NCBI GenBank assembly: GCA_963674945.2
Contig: CAXXWQ010000004.1
Location: forward strand, 2,496,001-2,560,000
Direction: 5' to 3'
Origin: an uncultured Desulfosarcina sp.
Lineage (GTDB): Bacteria > Desulfobacterota > Desulfobacteria > Desulfobacterales > Desulfosarcinaceae
Length of the DNA stretch: 64,000 nucleotides
Shown: piece after piece, positions 1 to 9,102 of the stretch
Position numbering within the stretch: position 1 is the first letter of the stretch
Layout of the letters: each line of letters begins with the position of its first letter
Translations under genes and position numbers: made by a program
The notes under the pieces: generated by a model
The model's input: the letters and a program-made list of their open reading frames with translations, nothing else
Database searches by the model: none
Told to the model about the DNA's origin: nothing

Positions 1-1251
1 GATATCGGTTTGGTTGTCCGGGCTGACGAAGAGGCTTTCGGCCTCCTCGCTGTCGCAATGGTCGGTAGTGATCTGAGCATTACCGGGTTGGACGTGGTAG
101 GGCCGGGAAAGATACCCGGTGTAACCCTGGAGGGAGCCGTCCAGGGTAAGCTTGACGCCCCCCAGCCTCAGACGGCCCTGGTGGTTTCTATGGGCCGCAA
201 TGGCATCGAAGGTGGCATCGTCGATCCCCTTATACAAGGCCCAGGCGTTGACATCGATGGGCAGTTTGCCCGCTTGTGCCATGGCGGCCAGAAGTTTCCA
301 TGTGCCCTTGCCGCTGGCACAGTCCTGGGCCGTGGTAATGCCCGCCCGGGCATAGTGACGCAATCCCTCTTCCAGCATGGCCATGGCCTGTTCCGGCGTC
401 GGCGTGGGAATCTTTTCTAAGACCAGAAGCATGGCATTCTCTTCCAGCACGCCGTTGGGCTCGGTGCTTCCGGGCCTGCGCTGGATGACGCCACCCTGGG
501 GGTCTTTGGTATCCGCCGCGACGCCGATCTCTTCCATGAGCTTGCTGTTACCGGCCATTAAATGGGCGGAAATGTGCATCAGCACGATGGGATGCGCGGT
601 GGACACCGCATCCAGGTCCTCACGGGTGGGATGTCGCTGTTCCTTGATGCCGGTATCGTCATAGCCCCAACCGATGACCCACTGCCCGGGAGCGAGTTTC
701 TTCTCTTTGATCCAGTCGCGCAAGGCTTGCTGGATATCGGCGATGGAAGCGATCTCGCCGATGGGGACGGGGTCGAGGTTGGCCGTGGAAAATTTTACCG
801 ACTGCAGCACCACATGGGAGTGGGGATCGTAAAACCCCGGCATGAGGGTCTTGCCCCCAAGATCGATCAGTTTTGTTTCACTTCCCTTGCTGGCCATGAC
901 TTCGGTCTTCTTACCCACAACGAGAATTTTTCCATCTTTTACTGCCAGTGCCTCGGCCCGGTCACCATCTTTAACCATGGTCAATATGGGTCCCCCATGA
1001 TAGATGGTGTCTGCCAATGGACCCGTGCCGGCGGCCCGCGTGTCTGATTTGGCGGCCGTACAGCTCGTAAGCACGGAAGATGTGAGACCACCTATGGCAA
1101 ACATTCCGCCTGCGGCCGTCGTCCCCTTGATGAAATCACATCTCGATAATTTCAAGCCCGCATTTTCCATCATATTGACAAACAGGGTTGGCGTGCAGCC
1201 ACAACCACCTTCATGGATGCAATTTTGATCTTTCTTACGCTTTCCTGACAT
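1..1251 (-). CDS. Amidohydrolase family 3 (YtcJ-like) with Tat-like/lipoprotein signal; 3' end runs off the window
   Basis: Missing from the ORF track because it has no stop in the window. Read by hand from ATG 1251 (GGAGG upstream): MSGKRKKDQNCIHEGGCGC...LSRCDFIKG...VLTSC...ADTIYHGGPILTMVKDGDRAEALAVKDGKILVVG...LMPGFYDPHSH. The + strand ORFs 10-420 and 562-1047 are its antisense shadows. Confidence 0.85.
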   Translation of the reverse strand, partial: MSGKRKKDQNCIHEGGCGCTPTLFVNMMENAGLKLSRCDFIKGTTAAGGMFAIGGLTSSVLTSCTAAKSDTRAAGTGPLADTIYHGGPILTMVKDGDRAEALAVKDGKILVVGKKTEVMASKGSETKLIDLGGKTLMPGFYDPHSHVVLQSVKFSTANLDPVPIGEIASIADIQQALRDWIKEKKLAPGQWVIGWGYDDTGIKEQRHPTREDLDAVSTAHPIVLMHISAHLMAGNSKLMEEIGVAADTKDPQGGVIQRRPGSTEPNGVLEENAMLLVLEKIPTPTPEQAMAMLEEGLRHYARAGITTAQDCASGKGTWKLLAAMAQAGKLPIDVNAWALYKGIDDATFDAIAAHRNHQGRLRLGGVKLTLDGSLQGYTGYLSRPYHVQPGNAQITTDHCDSEEAESLFVSPDNQTDI

Positions 1252-1322
1252 CACTTTCCTCCATTTCTTCTAAAAGGCAAAGAAACGATGTCTCAGGGAA
1301 CCAACCGGTCAGCGGAAATCCA

Positions 1323-4300
1323 TTAAAAACGAACCCGAAACATCAGTCTGTATAAAACGGGAACGAATATCAGGGTGATCACCGTGGCAAACAGCAAGCC
1401 GAAGATGATCCCGATGGCCATGGGCTGCCACATCTCGCCGCCTCCCATCCACAACGGGATTAACCCTAAAGAAGTGGTGGCGGTGGTGAGCAGAATGGGA
1501 CGAAACCGCTGTTTGGCGGCGGCCACGATGGCCTCGCCTTCGGGCCGTTGAAACTCTTCCATCTCTATCTTGATTCGGTCCAGCAGCACGATGCCGTTGT
1601 TGATGACGATCCCGGAAAGGGAGATGATGCCCAAAAATCCGTTGAAACTGAAAAATGATCGTGTGATCAACAGACCGACGATCACCCCGATCACCCCCAG
1701 CGGGATGGTCAAGAGCACGATGATGGACTTTCGTAGGGAGTTGAACTGGCCGATCAGCAAAAGGACGACGATCATGAAAGACATGGGGAGATAGTTGAAA
1801 ACGGCACCGATGGACTTCTCACTCATTTCGGCATCGCCACCCAGTTCAAACCAGTAACCGGCCCCCCACTCTTTCTGCTGCGCATCCAGCCATGGCCGGA
1901 TTTGGCCCAAAACCCCGGCGGCCGTGTACCCCGTCTCGACTTCGGAAAGCACCGTCATGGTCCGATACTGGTCCCGTCGCAGAATCTTGGAGGCCTCCCA
2001 TTTTACCTGGATATCGGCCACCTGTTTCAGGGGGACGCTCTGCCCGGTCTGCTGATTGTACAGATTCATGGTCTCCAGCCGATCGATTTCCGGCGTTTCG
2101 GAAGACTCCCTTCGAATGACGATGGGAATGCTCTTGTCCTCTTCGCGAAAGCGTTCGACTTCCATGCCTCCCAGAAGGGTCTGCAGTGACGTGGCGATAT
2201 CCTGGCTGGTGATGCCTGCCAGTTGGGCTTTTGCCTGGTCCACCTTGACCAGCAATTTTTTCGACCGCAACCCCCAGTCGTCCTGGACATTCTTCGATCC
2301 GGGCACGGCGGCGACGTTGCCCTTGATCTGTTCGATAATATTCTGCAGTTTGTCCATCTGTTTGCCGGACACGCGGATGGCGATGGGCTGGGCCGATCCG
2401 CCCCCCTGCTGCAATCGGGAAATGGTGGCCGACATTTCCGGAAAACGATCCAGGCAGAAGTCCTCCAGACCGTCGATCACCTGCTGATTGATCGAATCGG
2501 ACGTGGTGTTGAGCAGAATGTGGGCCGAGTAGGGCGCCGTTTCCGGCGGGTTGTAGCCCAGGTCGTACTTGGGTGCCCCCTGGCCGATGTAGGAGGACCA
2601 GGAGGATACCCCTTCGGTGCGTTCGTCATTGGTGGCCAGGTGCTCGCGGACGAAGGCTTCGATGGCATCCACGGCAGCCGTCGTGCTCTCGATGGAGGTG
2701 CCGATGGGCAGCTCGATGTTGGCCGTGATCAGGGGCCGGTCGCTCTCCGGGACGAAGATGAAGGGAACAAAACCGGCCAGTTTCAGGGACACCACGAACA
2801 AAACGACGATGCCAGCGATCAGGAGCCACGGCTTTTTCAGGAAAAAGACCAGCCAGCCGGCGTAGACGTCGTTGAACCGGTCGAACACGGACGGCTTGTC
2901 CGACTGTTCGGTCCGGACGCGCAAAAAGGTGACGGCCAGGATGGGAACCACGGTGAGGGCGAGCAGCCACGAGGAGAGCAGTGCGATGGACACCACCACG
3001 AACAGGTTTCCCATGATCTCCCCCATGATCGATTCGGCCAGAAAAAAGGAGAGAAAGGCCGCCGAGGTGGTGAGGGTGGCGACCAGCAGGGGCACCATGA
3101 GTTCCCGGGAGGCGCTTATGGCCGCCGGTACCGCCTCTTCTCCTTTGGCCATCTTCACCATGATCGATTCGGACATGACGATGGCGTTGTCCACCAGCAT
3201 GCCCAAAGCGATGATGAGCGATGCCAGGGTCACCTTGTTGAGTCCGGTACCGATCAATGACATGACCAACAGGGTCACGATCATGGTACAGGGAATCAGG
3301 CTGACCACCACGAGACCGGTGCGCAATCCCAAGAAGACGAACATGACGATCATGACCACCACAACACTCTGGAAGAGATTGTTGACGAAATCCTTTACGG
3401 ATTTGTCCACCACGGTATCCTGGTAGGCCACCCGGATGAAGTCGACGCCGATGGGGTAGATCCGGCGATACTCGTTCAGCTTCTCGTCCACCTGCTGGCC
3501 CAACTGAATGATATTGCCGCCCTCTTTCAGGGAGATCGCCAGCACCAAACCTTTTTGCCCGTTGATCTTGACCAGGCTGGTGGGAGGATCGATGTATCCC
3601 CGGTAGATCCGGGTGACGTCTCCCAGATAGACCAGCTCCTGGCCCCCTTCGACGGGAATCAGGGTCTTGCGGATATCTTCCACGGTTTCGAAATTTCCCG
3701 TGGGTTCCAGGATGATTCTCTCCGGTCCCACTTCCACATTGCCGCCGGGAAAGATGATATTCTGGGCCGCCAGGGTCTGCTGCAGCTTCTGTCGGGTCAG
3801 CCCCAGCTCGGCCAGCTTGGCATCGTTGAAATCGATCCAGACGCGCTCCTCCTGATCTCCCGAGATCTCCACCTTGGCCGAATTGGGGATCTTGATCAGA
3901 CCGTCGCGCACATCGTCGGCGATCTCTTTTATTTCGGCGTAGCTGTAGCCTTCGGCCACGACGCCGATGATCAGGCCGAAAACGTCACCGATTTCGTCGT
4001 CCACCATTGGCACCACGCCTTGGGGCAGTTCCGGCTGAACCTGCTCCACTTTGCGGCGAATGCGGTCGAAGACCGGTTGCAGTTCTTTTACGCCGTCTTT
4101 CAGGGCGACGTTGACCACTGAGACACCGGTGCGCGACTCGCTGGTGATGTAGTCGACTTCGGGAATCTCCTGGATCACCTTCTCGATCTTGTCGGAAACC
4201 AGCATCTCCATTCGCTGCGGGCTGGCACCGGGGAAGGTGGATACGATGGTGAGATAGCGAATCAGAAAGGGCGGCATGTCGTCCCTGGGCATGTTATTAA

Positions 4301-4385
4301 AGACGGAGACGCCGAACCCGATGAGAATCACCAGGATCGAGAAAACCAGGGTTTTGTTCCTGATGGCGATTTCGGTAGGATTCAT
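1323..4385 (-). CDS. RND efflux transporter permease (AcrB/AcrD/AcrF family)
   Basis: 1020 aa, two large periplasmic loops, GMLVDNAIV and RFRPILLTTATT motifs. Confidence 0.95.
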   Translation of the reverse strand: MNPTEIAIRNKTLVFSILVILIGFGVSVFNNMPRDDMPPFLIRYLTIVSTFPGASPQRMEMLVSDKIEKVIQEIPEVDYITSESRTGVSVVNVALKDGVKELQPVFDRIRRKVEQVQPELPQGVVPMVDDEIGDVFGLIIGVVAEGYSYAEIKEIADDVRDGLIKIPNSAKVEISGDQEERVWIDFNDAKLAELGLTRQKLQQTLAAQNIIFPGGNVEVGPERIILEPTGNFETVEDIRKTLIPVEGGQELVYLGDVTRIYRGYIDPPTSLVKINGQKGLVLAISLKEGGNIIQLGQQVDEKLNEYRRIYPIGVDFIRVAYQDTVVDKSVKDFVNNLFQSVVVVMIVMFVFLGLRTGLVVVSLIPCTMIVTLLVMSLIGTGLNKVTLASLIIALGMLVDNAIVMSESIMVKMAKGEEAVPAAISASRELMVPLLVATLTTSAAFLSFFLAESIMGEIMGNLFVVVSIALLSSWLLALTVVPILAVTFLRVRTEQSDKPSVFDRFNDVYAGWLVFFLKKPWLLIAGIVVLFVVSLKLAGFVPFIFVPESDRPLITANIELPIGTSIESTTAAVDAIEAFVREHLATNDERTEGVSSWSSYIGQGAPKYDLGYNPPETAPYSAHILLNTTSDSINQQVIDGLEDFCLDRFPEMSATISRLQQGGGSAQPIAIRVSGKQMDKLQNIIEQIKGNVAAVPGSKNVQDDWGLRSKKLLVKVDQAKAQLAGITSQDIATSLQTLLGGMEVERFREEDKSIPIVIRRESSETPEIDRLETMNLYNQQTGQSVPLKQVADIQVKWEASKILRRDQYRTMTVLSEVETGYTAAGVLGQIRPWLDAQQKEWGAGYWFELGGDAEMSEKSIGAVFNYLPMSFMIVVLLLIGQFNSLRKSIIVLLTIPLGVIGVIVGLLITRSFFSFNGFLGIISLSGIVINNGIVLLDRIKIEMEEFQRPEGEAIVAAAKQRFRPILLTTATTSLGLIPLWMGGGEMWQPMAIGIIFGLLFATVITLIFVPVLYRLMFRVRF

Positions 4386-5479
4386 TGGGGAACCCGGACT
4401 TTCATCTGGTCGGTGATCATGGAGACGCCGGAGGTGACGATGAACTCCCCTTCGGTCAGCCCATATAGGATCTCAATGCCGGCCCCGCTCAGCTCACCCA
4501 CGGTCACCGGGGTGCGATGAACCGTTGCGAATCCCTCTTCCGGACCCATTGTCAGGGCAAAGACAAACCGCCCATCTCTGTCCTCGGCCACGGCCACGGC
4601 CGGCACATGGATCCGCTTACCCCCGCCGTCATCGTCGAAGGCGAAGGTCACCTCCGCGGGCATGCCCGGACGGATCTCGTCGGTCACCTGATCGAGACGC
4701 ACGGAGACCGGGTAGGTCGAGGCGGCGGAGGCCACATGGGAAACCTTGGTGACCACGCCGGTATAGGGCCGGGGGGAGTGGGCAAACCGGACGGAGGTTT
4801 TCAGGCCGGGCGCCACCCGCTGGATGAAGGTGCCGGGCATTCCCACTTCGACCTCCATGTTGGCTCCGGAGATGATCGACGCGACCAATTGTCCGGCCTG
4901 CACGTTTTCATTTTTCTCCACCGGTACTTCGGCCACATAGCCGTCTACCGGGGAGAACAGCACTCCGTAGGAGAGCTGCCGTTTTTGCAGGTCCAACTGC
5001 TTTTGCTTGGACTCGTAAGTGGCCTTGGCCGAGGAATACTGGTTCTTGGCCCCCTCATATTCACTCAGGGCGATATTGTTGTTCTCATACAATTCCCGGA
5101 TCCGGTTGAGATTGGATCGTGCGGTCTCCTGCTGGACACGGGCGTTTTCCACTTCGGCCCTGGCCTCTTCCAGCCGCAGGGTCAAGTCGATGGTGTCGAT
5201 GGCGGCCACCCGGTCCCCTTTTTTCACCGCTTGTCCGACCTCCACATCGATGGTGGTAATAATCCCTCCCACCTGAAAGCTGAGATTGGTTATGGTTTCC
5301 GCCTTTGATACACCCGAGAAGGTTCGCATCAGATTTCCCGCCGACGCCTCGACCTTTTGGTAGCGGACGGGCCGTACGACGGGTTTGGGCGCCACTGATT
5401 CATCGCTACAGCCCAGGAGAAAAAGGGCGATGATGATTGTCAATCCGGTCATACGGAATCGTTTCATGGTCATGATCAC
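4382..5479 (-). CDS. RND periplasmic adaptor (membrane fusion protein), lipoprotein
   Basis: Lipobox LLGC, coiled-coil hairpin, SPVDGYV and IRPGM motifs; stop overlaps the RND permease start. Confidence 0.93.
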   Translation of the reverse strand: MIMTMKRFRMTGLTIIIALFLLGCSDESVAPKPVVRPVRYQKVEASAGNLMRTFSGVSKAETITNLSFQVGGIITTIDVEVGQAVKKGDRVAAIDTIDLTLRLEEARAEVENARVQQETARSNLNRIRELYENNNIALSEYEGAKNQYSSAKATYESKQKQLDLQKRQLSYGVLFSPVDGYVAEVPVEKNENVQAGQLVASIISGANMEVEVGMPGTFIQRVAPGLKTSVRFAHSPRPYTGVVTKVSHVASAASTYPVSVRLDQVTDEIRPGMPAEVTFAFDDDGGGKRIHVPAVAVAEDRDGRFVFALTMGPEEGFATVHRTPVTVGELSGAGIEILYGLTEGEFIVTSGVSMITDQMKVRVPQ

Positions 5480-7911
5480 TTTTTTCGGTGTTCTTTGAGG
5501 TATTGTTCGAACCGATTGAAAAAATCCACCTGCTGCTGTTTGGTTGTCAACATGACGAAGCGCCCCATGGATCGTTCCAGGTTCAGGTAACTGATGAAAT
5601 ACTCGTAAACGGCGTTGGCCGCAGCCAGTTTTGAGGTAAGGGCCACGTTTTGGGCGTCCAGCAGTTGTACGATGGCAACCAGCCCTTTCTCATAGGAATC
5701 CTGCACCAGATCGAGGCTCTTGGCTCCGGCTTCGGCCGCCCTGCGGGAGAGTTCGATGTTGAAGGTTTTGGTTACGAGATCCAGGACATTGTTGCGAAGG
5801 GTCAACTCCAGGCCATGAATCAGATCGGCCCGTTGGGTCTGCAGTCGGGAGATGTCGATGCGAAGCTGACGGGTCCGAACGGAAATCTCGCCACCCGGGA
5901 AAAGGGGCCAGCTGGCGTTCACCCCCACCTGCCACGAATTTTCGTCCGGAAGGTCTATTTCGGATCCGGCACCGTCACGGGAAAAGACTTGGTCCGTCCG
6001 GGCGCTTGCCACCACATCGGGAAGAAAACGCTTGCGCCCATAGGAAGTGAGGATTCGTTCGTTTGCCAGTATGGCTTCGTCGATCTCCTTGATTTCCGGC
6101 AAGCTCTCCGTGGTTTCTGCGACCAGAAAATCCGTGGCCAATTTCATGGATGCCGGATTGTCCACGTATTTTCGAAAATCGGCTTCCGGATATTGGCTGA
6201 ACAGGTGTTCGGACAGGTGCACGTCGGCGACCGAGAACTCTTCATCGATGGGCCGAAACAGGATCTGATTCAATCGCTGTTTCGTGGCGAGAAGGGTGGT
6301 GTGGGCTTCGATAAGGGAATTTTTGGCGGAGGCCAGTTCACTCTCCCATCGATAGACATCGGCGGCGCCGGCATACCCCACGGCCAGCCGTTTTTGGGCG
6401 ATGTGAAGATTCTCCTTGACCAGTTCCATATAATCTCTGCGAATCCGACGGTTTGTTATGGCCCGCAGAATATCGAAGTAGGCCACGCCGCTGCTCAGGA
6501 CGGTGTCCAACTCCGTTTGATCGAGGCTGTACTCGGAGGCCATCATTTCGTGGCGGCGAACGGCCAGGCTGGCAAGCAGGGATTCGGAAAAAAGGACCTG
6601 ATCCAGCGTTGCCGCTCCGCTGACCGTTCTTTCCGCCGTTCCCTGGATTGCCTGGTTTTCGTCCACCACCCGTGCCCCGGCCGAGAGACCCACCTGGGGA
6701 AACAATTGGGTCCTGGCAAGTCCCACATCCTTCTCTTTGGACTGGTAGGCCTTTCTTTGGGCGGCCAGGGTCCGGTTGGCGGCCAAGGCCTGGGTGATGG
6801 TGTCTGTAAGCCCTATCGTAATACCAGCCGATGAACCTGCATCGATGAGCTCGGCTTCCAGAAGGATATCCCATGAGGGCGAGAAACCGATCCGGCGGGC
6901 CGTCGTCATGTTCACGTACAGGTTCTGCTGGCGCTCTAGACGTATGGGCAGCGTGGCCGGATCTTCACCATTGAGGATTCGTTCGATGTTCAGGGCTACA
7001 CGTCGAATCAGCCGGGGAGAATCCGTTGCCGGCCGGGTGGTGGCCAGCGCACCCAGTTTCAGATCCCCTTCCCCCATGATGGCGAAGGTGGGTAGTCTTT
7101 GTCTGTTTATTTTTTCAATGAGCGCGGCCCTTTCGCTCTTTTCGAACCGATACAGACTCCCGATGATTACCGCGTCTACGTTTTCGGCCAGTTTGTCCAC
7201 ATCCACGTCCACGGAATCCACACCAATGGGAAGCACCTCGATGCCTCTTTTTGCCAAAATTGCGGTCAGGGGATTGTGTATGGGAAAGAGTTCCAGCAGG
7301 CGGCGGTCTTCGATCAGTGCGATTTTTTTGAACGGATACAGAGAAAAAAAGGATTCCATATCCGCGTCCAGAGACTGGGGGAACGTGATGAAGGTCAGAT
7401 TGGCGACACCCGATCTATTGTCAGGCGTGACCGGGATGTTCTGCATTTCCGGGTCGATTACGCCGACGGCGATGAAGGGCTTCGGGTAGACCGGCCGGCG
7501 GGTAAGTATCGCGCTGTTTAGCGGCCCGATGCCCACGATGATATCGATCCGAGGATCCGCGACGAGGCGTTGGTAATTTTTTTCGATGCATTCGGTGGAC
7601 CAGTTGCACTGCAAAATTTGGTCGGGTTCCATGGAGACGGTATACCGGGGTTGGAGAAGATTGGACAGTTCGGTTTCCAGCTGGCGGACAAACCCCATGT
7701 TTTCCTCTTTTTCCACATCCAGGAGGATACCGAGGCGAATCGTCTTGTTTTTGTTTGCCGACTGTGCATTGCTCTCGACTGGAAAAGCGGCGATGAAAAT
7801 GAGAAGCAAAGCGATGAAAATTCTGAATGCAAATCGATCCAATGGAAACGCCACCTCATTTTTTGCATTTGCGGAGAGTCTGATCGGGTGTGAATGTTGA
7901 CGGCTCTGCAA
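5476..7911 (-). CDS. TolC-family outer membrane channel fused to an N-terminal ABC substrate-binding-like domain
   Basis: C-terminal ~450 aa shows TolC repeats (QLLDAQ, YLNLERSMG). N-terminal ~350 aa ends in ILNGEDPATLPI...LYVNMTTARRIG, typical of the ABC_sub_bind family. The listed start lies inside a repeat, so the true start is probably TTG ~7842. Confidence 0.85.
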   Translation of the reverse strand: MQSRQHSHPIRLSANAKNEVAFPLDRFAFRIFIALLLIFIAAFPVESNAQSANKNKTIRLGILLDVEKEENMGFVRQLETELSNLLQPRYTVSMEPDQILQCNWSTECIEKNYQRLVADPRIDIIVGIGPLNSAILTRRPVYPKPFIAVGVIDPEMQNIPVTPDNRSGVANLTFITFPQSLDADMESFFSLYPFKKIALIEDRRLLELFPIHNPLTAILAKRGIEVLPIGVDSVDVDVDKLAENVDAVIIGSLYRFEKSERAALIEKINRQRLPTFAIMGEGDLKLGALATTRPATDSPRLIRRVALNIERILNGEDPATLPIRLERQQNLYVNMTTARRIGFSPSWDILLEAELIDAGSSAGITIGLTDTITQALAANRTLAAQRKAYQSKEKDVGLARTQLFPQVGLSAGARVVDENQAIQGTAERTVSGAATLDQVLFSESLLASLAVRRHEMMASEYSLDQTELDTVLSSGVAYFDILRAITNRRIRRDYMELVKENLHIAQKRLAVGYAGAADVYRWESELASAKNSLIEAHTTLLATKQRLNQILFRPIDEEFSVADVHLSEHLFSQYPEADFRKYVDNPASMKLATDFLVAETTESLPEIKEIDEAILANERILTSYGRKRFLPDVVASARTDQVFSRDGAGSEIDLPDENSWQVGVNASWPLFPGGEISVRTRQLRIDISRLQTQRADLIHGLELTLRNNVLDLVTKTFNIELSRRAAEAGAKSLDLVQDSYEKGLVAIVQLLDAQNVALTSKLAAANAVYEYFISYLNLERSMGRFVMLTTKQQQVDFFNRFEQYLKEHRKK

Positions 7912-8142
7912 AAAGTCCGATATCTGCGTTACGCTTCATCCCTCGTCACTGCGGAGTACTATCTGTACGCTGCCTACGGCACCCGCGATAGCGGTATTCT
8001 CGGGATTGAACATAAATGTTCGCCGTAAGGATTAAAATCTTTTTTTTGTACGCTCGCTTGCGCTCGCTATCGCGGCCCGCAAGCCTTGATCTCGAAACTT
8101 TTACAAAGCCGTCCAAAATCTTACTTTATGCGAATTCATCAA
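7897..8142. repeat. MITE/REP-like element, family 1, long variant with internal replacement
   Basis: Begins ttgacggctctgcaaaaagtccgatatc and ends acttttacaaagccgtc...actttatgcgaattcatcaa; collinear with copies at 15488, 24556 and 32548. Confidence 0.9.
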
Positions 8143-8249
8143 TGTTTTTTTATTAAAACAATATCAAGACATCTTGCAGATATCCAATGGCTCTTTGCAG
8201 GTCAAGTAGATTTATTTTACCTGTTTCGACAAATCTGCACGTAAAGTGG

Positions 8250-8897
8250 TTATGTTGCCGCAAGAACATTTTGCATCCATTGGGCGAAACGCGCCTCGCC
8301 GGCCGGCCGGAGTCCGAACGCGTCACCGGCCGCAAACAGGGCGCCGATCATACCGTCGGCATACCCGCGGCTGAAGGTGAGAAGGAATCCACCGCTGCCA
8401 TCGACGGCACTTTCTATGATCGTGATCTGGCAGGGGATGCGGCAGAACGGACCCTGCAAAAGAAAGGGGGGCGATTTCTCCGGATCCATGAAATCGAGAT
8501 TGGTCAATTTTTCCGTGATTCGAAACACATTGGGACCGAAAAGGGCCAGAAACACGGTGGATTCGGAAACATCGGTATAACCGATGGCGTCCGGCAGGTC
8601 CGGTACCGACACGCCGAGATGATAGATGGCGGCCTGGGTGCGATTCATGCGGTTGATCAGGATGGCGTCGGTGAGGAGACATTCCCCCGGTTTCCGGGGA
8701 ACGTCCAGATCACAAAAAGTGAGATCATCGATGCGGCGATCCTGAAGATCCCATCGGACTTTGTGGGCAAGATCCGCCAGCCACGGCCCCTCTCCCTCAT
8801 CTTCGTATTCCAGTACTACCGTCCAGTTGTCTCTCTCTTCCGATTCTCGCGGGCTGACATCGAACTGTACCGGTGATTCTCTTTTTAATTTGATCAT
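8250..8897 (-). CDS. soxG: Sarcosine oxidase gamma-subunit-like protein
   Basis: Follows the alpha subunit; GcvT-like fold segment (YTDVSESTVFLALFGP, FSRGYAD...AGDAFG). Start set at MIKLKRESP. Confidence 0.7.
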   Translation of the reverse strand: MIKLKRESPVQFDVSPRESEERDNWTVVLEYEDEGEGPWLADLAHKVRWDLQDRRIDDLTFCDLDVPRKPGECLLTDAILINRMNRTQAAIYHLGVSVPDLPDAIGYTDVSESTVFLALFGPNVFRITEKLTNLDFMDPEKSPPFLLQGPFCRIPCQITIIESAVDGSGGFLLTFSRGYADGMIGALFAAGDAFGLRPAGEARFAQWMQNVLAAT

Positions 8898-8968
8898 GAC
8901 GTATACCTTATATATTATCAATGGGATATAGATTCATCACTATTCCAAAAGGCCAAGTAATTTAAAAT

Positions 8969-9051
8969 AGTTTTAAGTGTTAAGCGGCGGATCGGGTCTA
9001 TTTTAAGATAGAATACCTTCCCTTAACACTTAAAACTTTAAACTTAACACT
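8969..9051. repeat. AT-rich 16-bp perfect inverted repeat built from heptamers
   Basis: agttttaagtgttaag (8969-8984) / cttaacacttaaaact (9022-9037), followed by further ttaaac/ttaacac units. Confidence 0.7.
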
Positions 9052-9102
9052 CATCCATACTATTTCACAAAATGATAAAAGTACTCAACATCCATTGATT
9101 GT

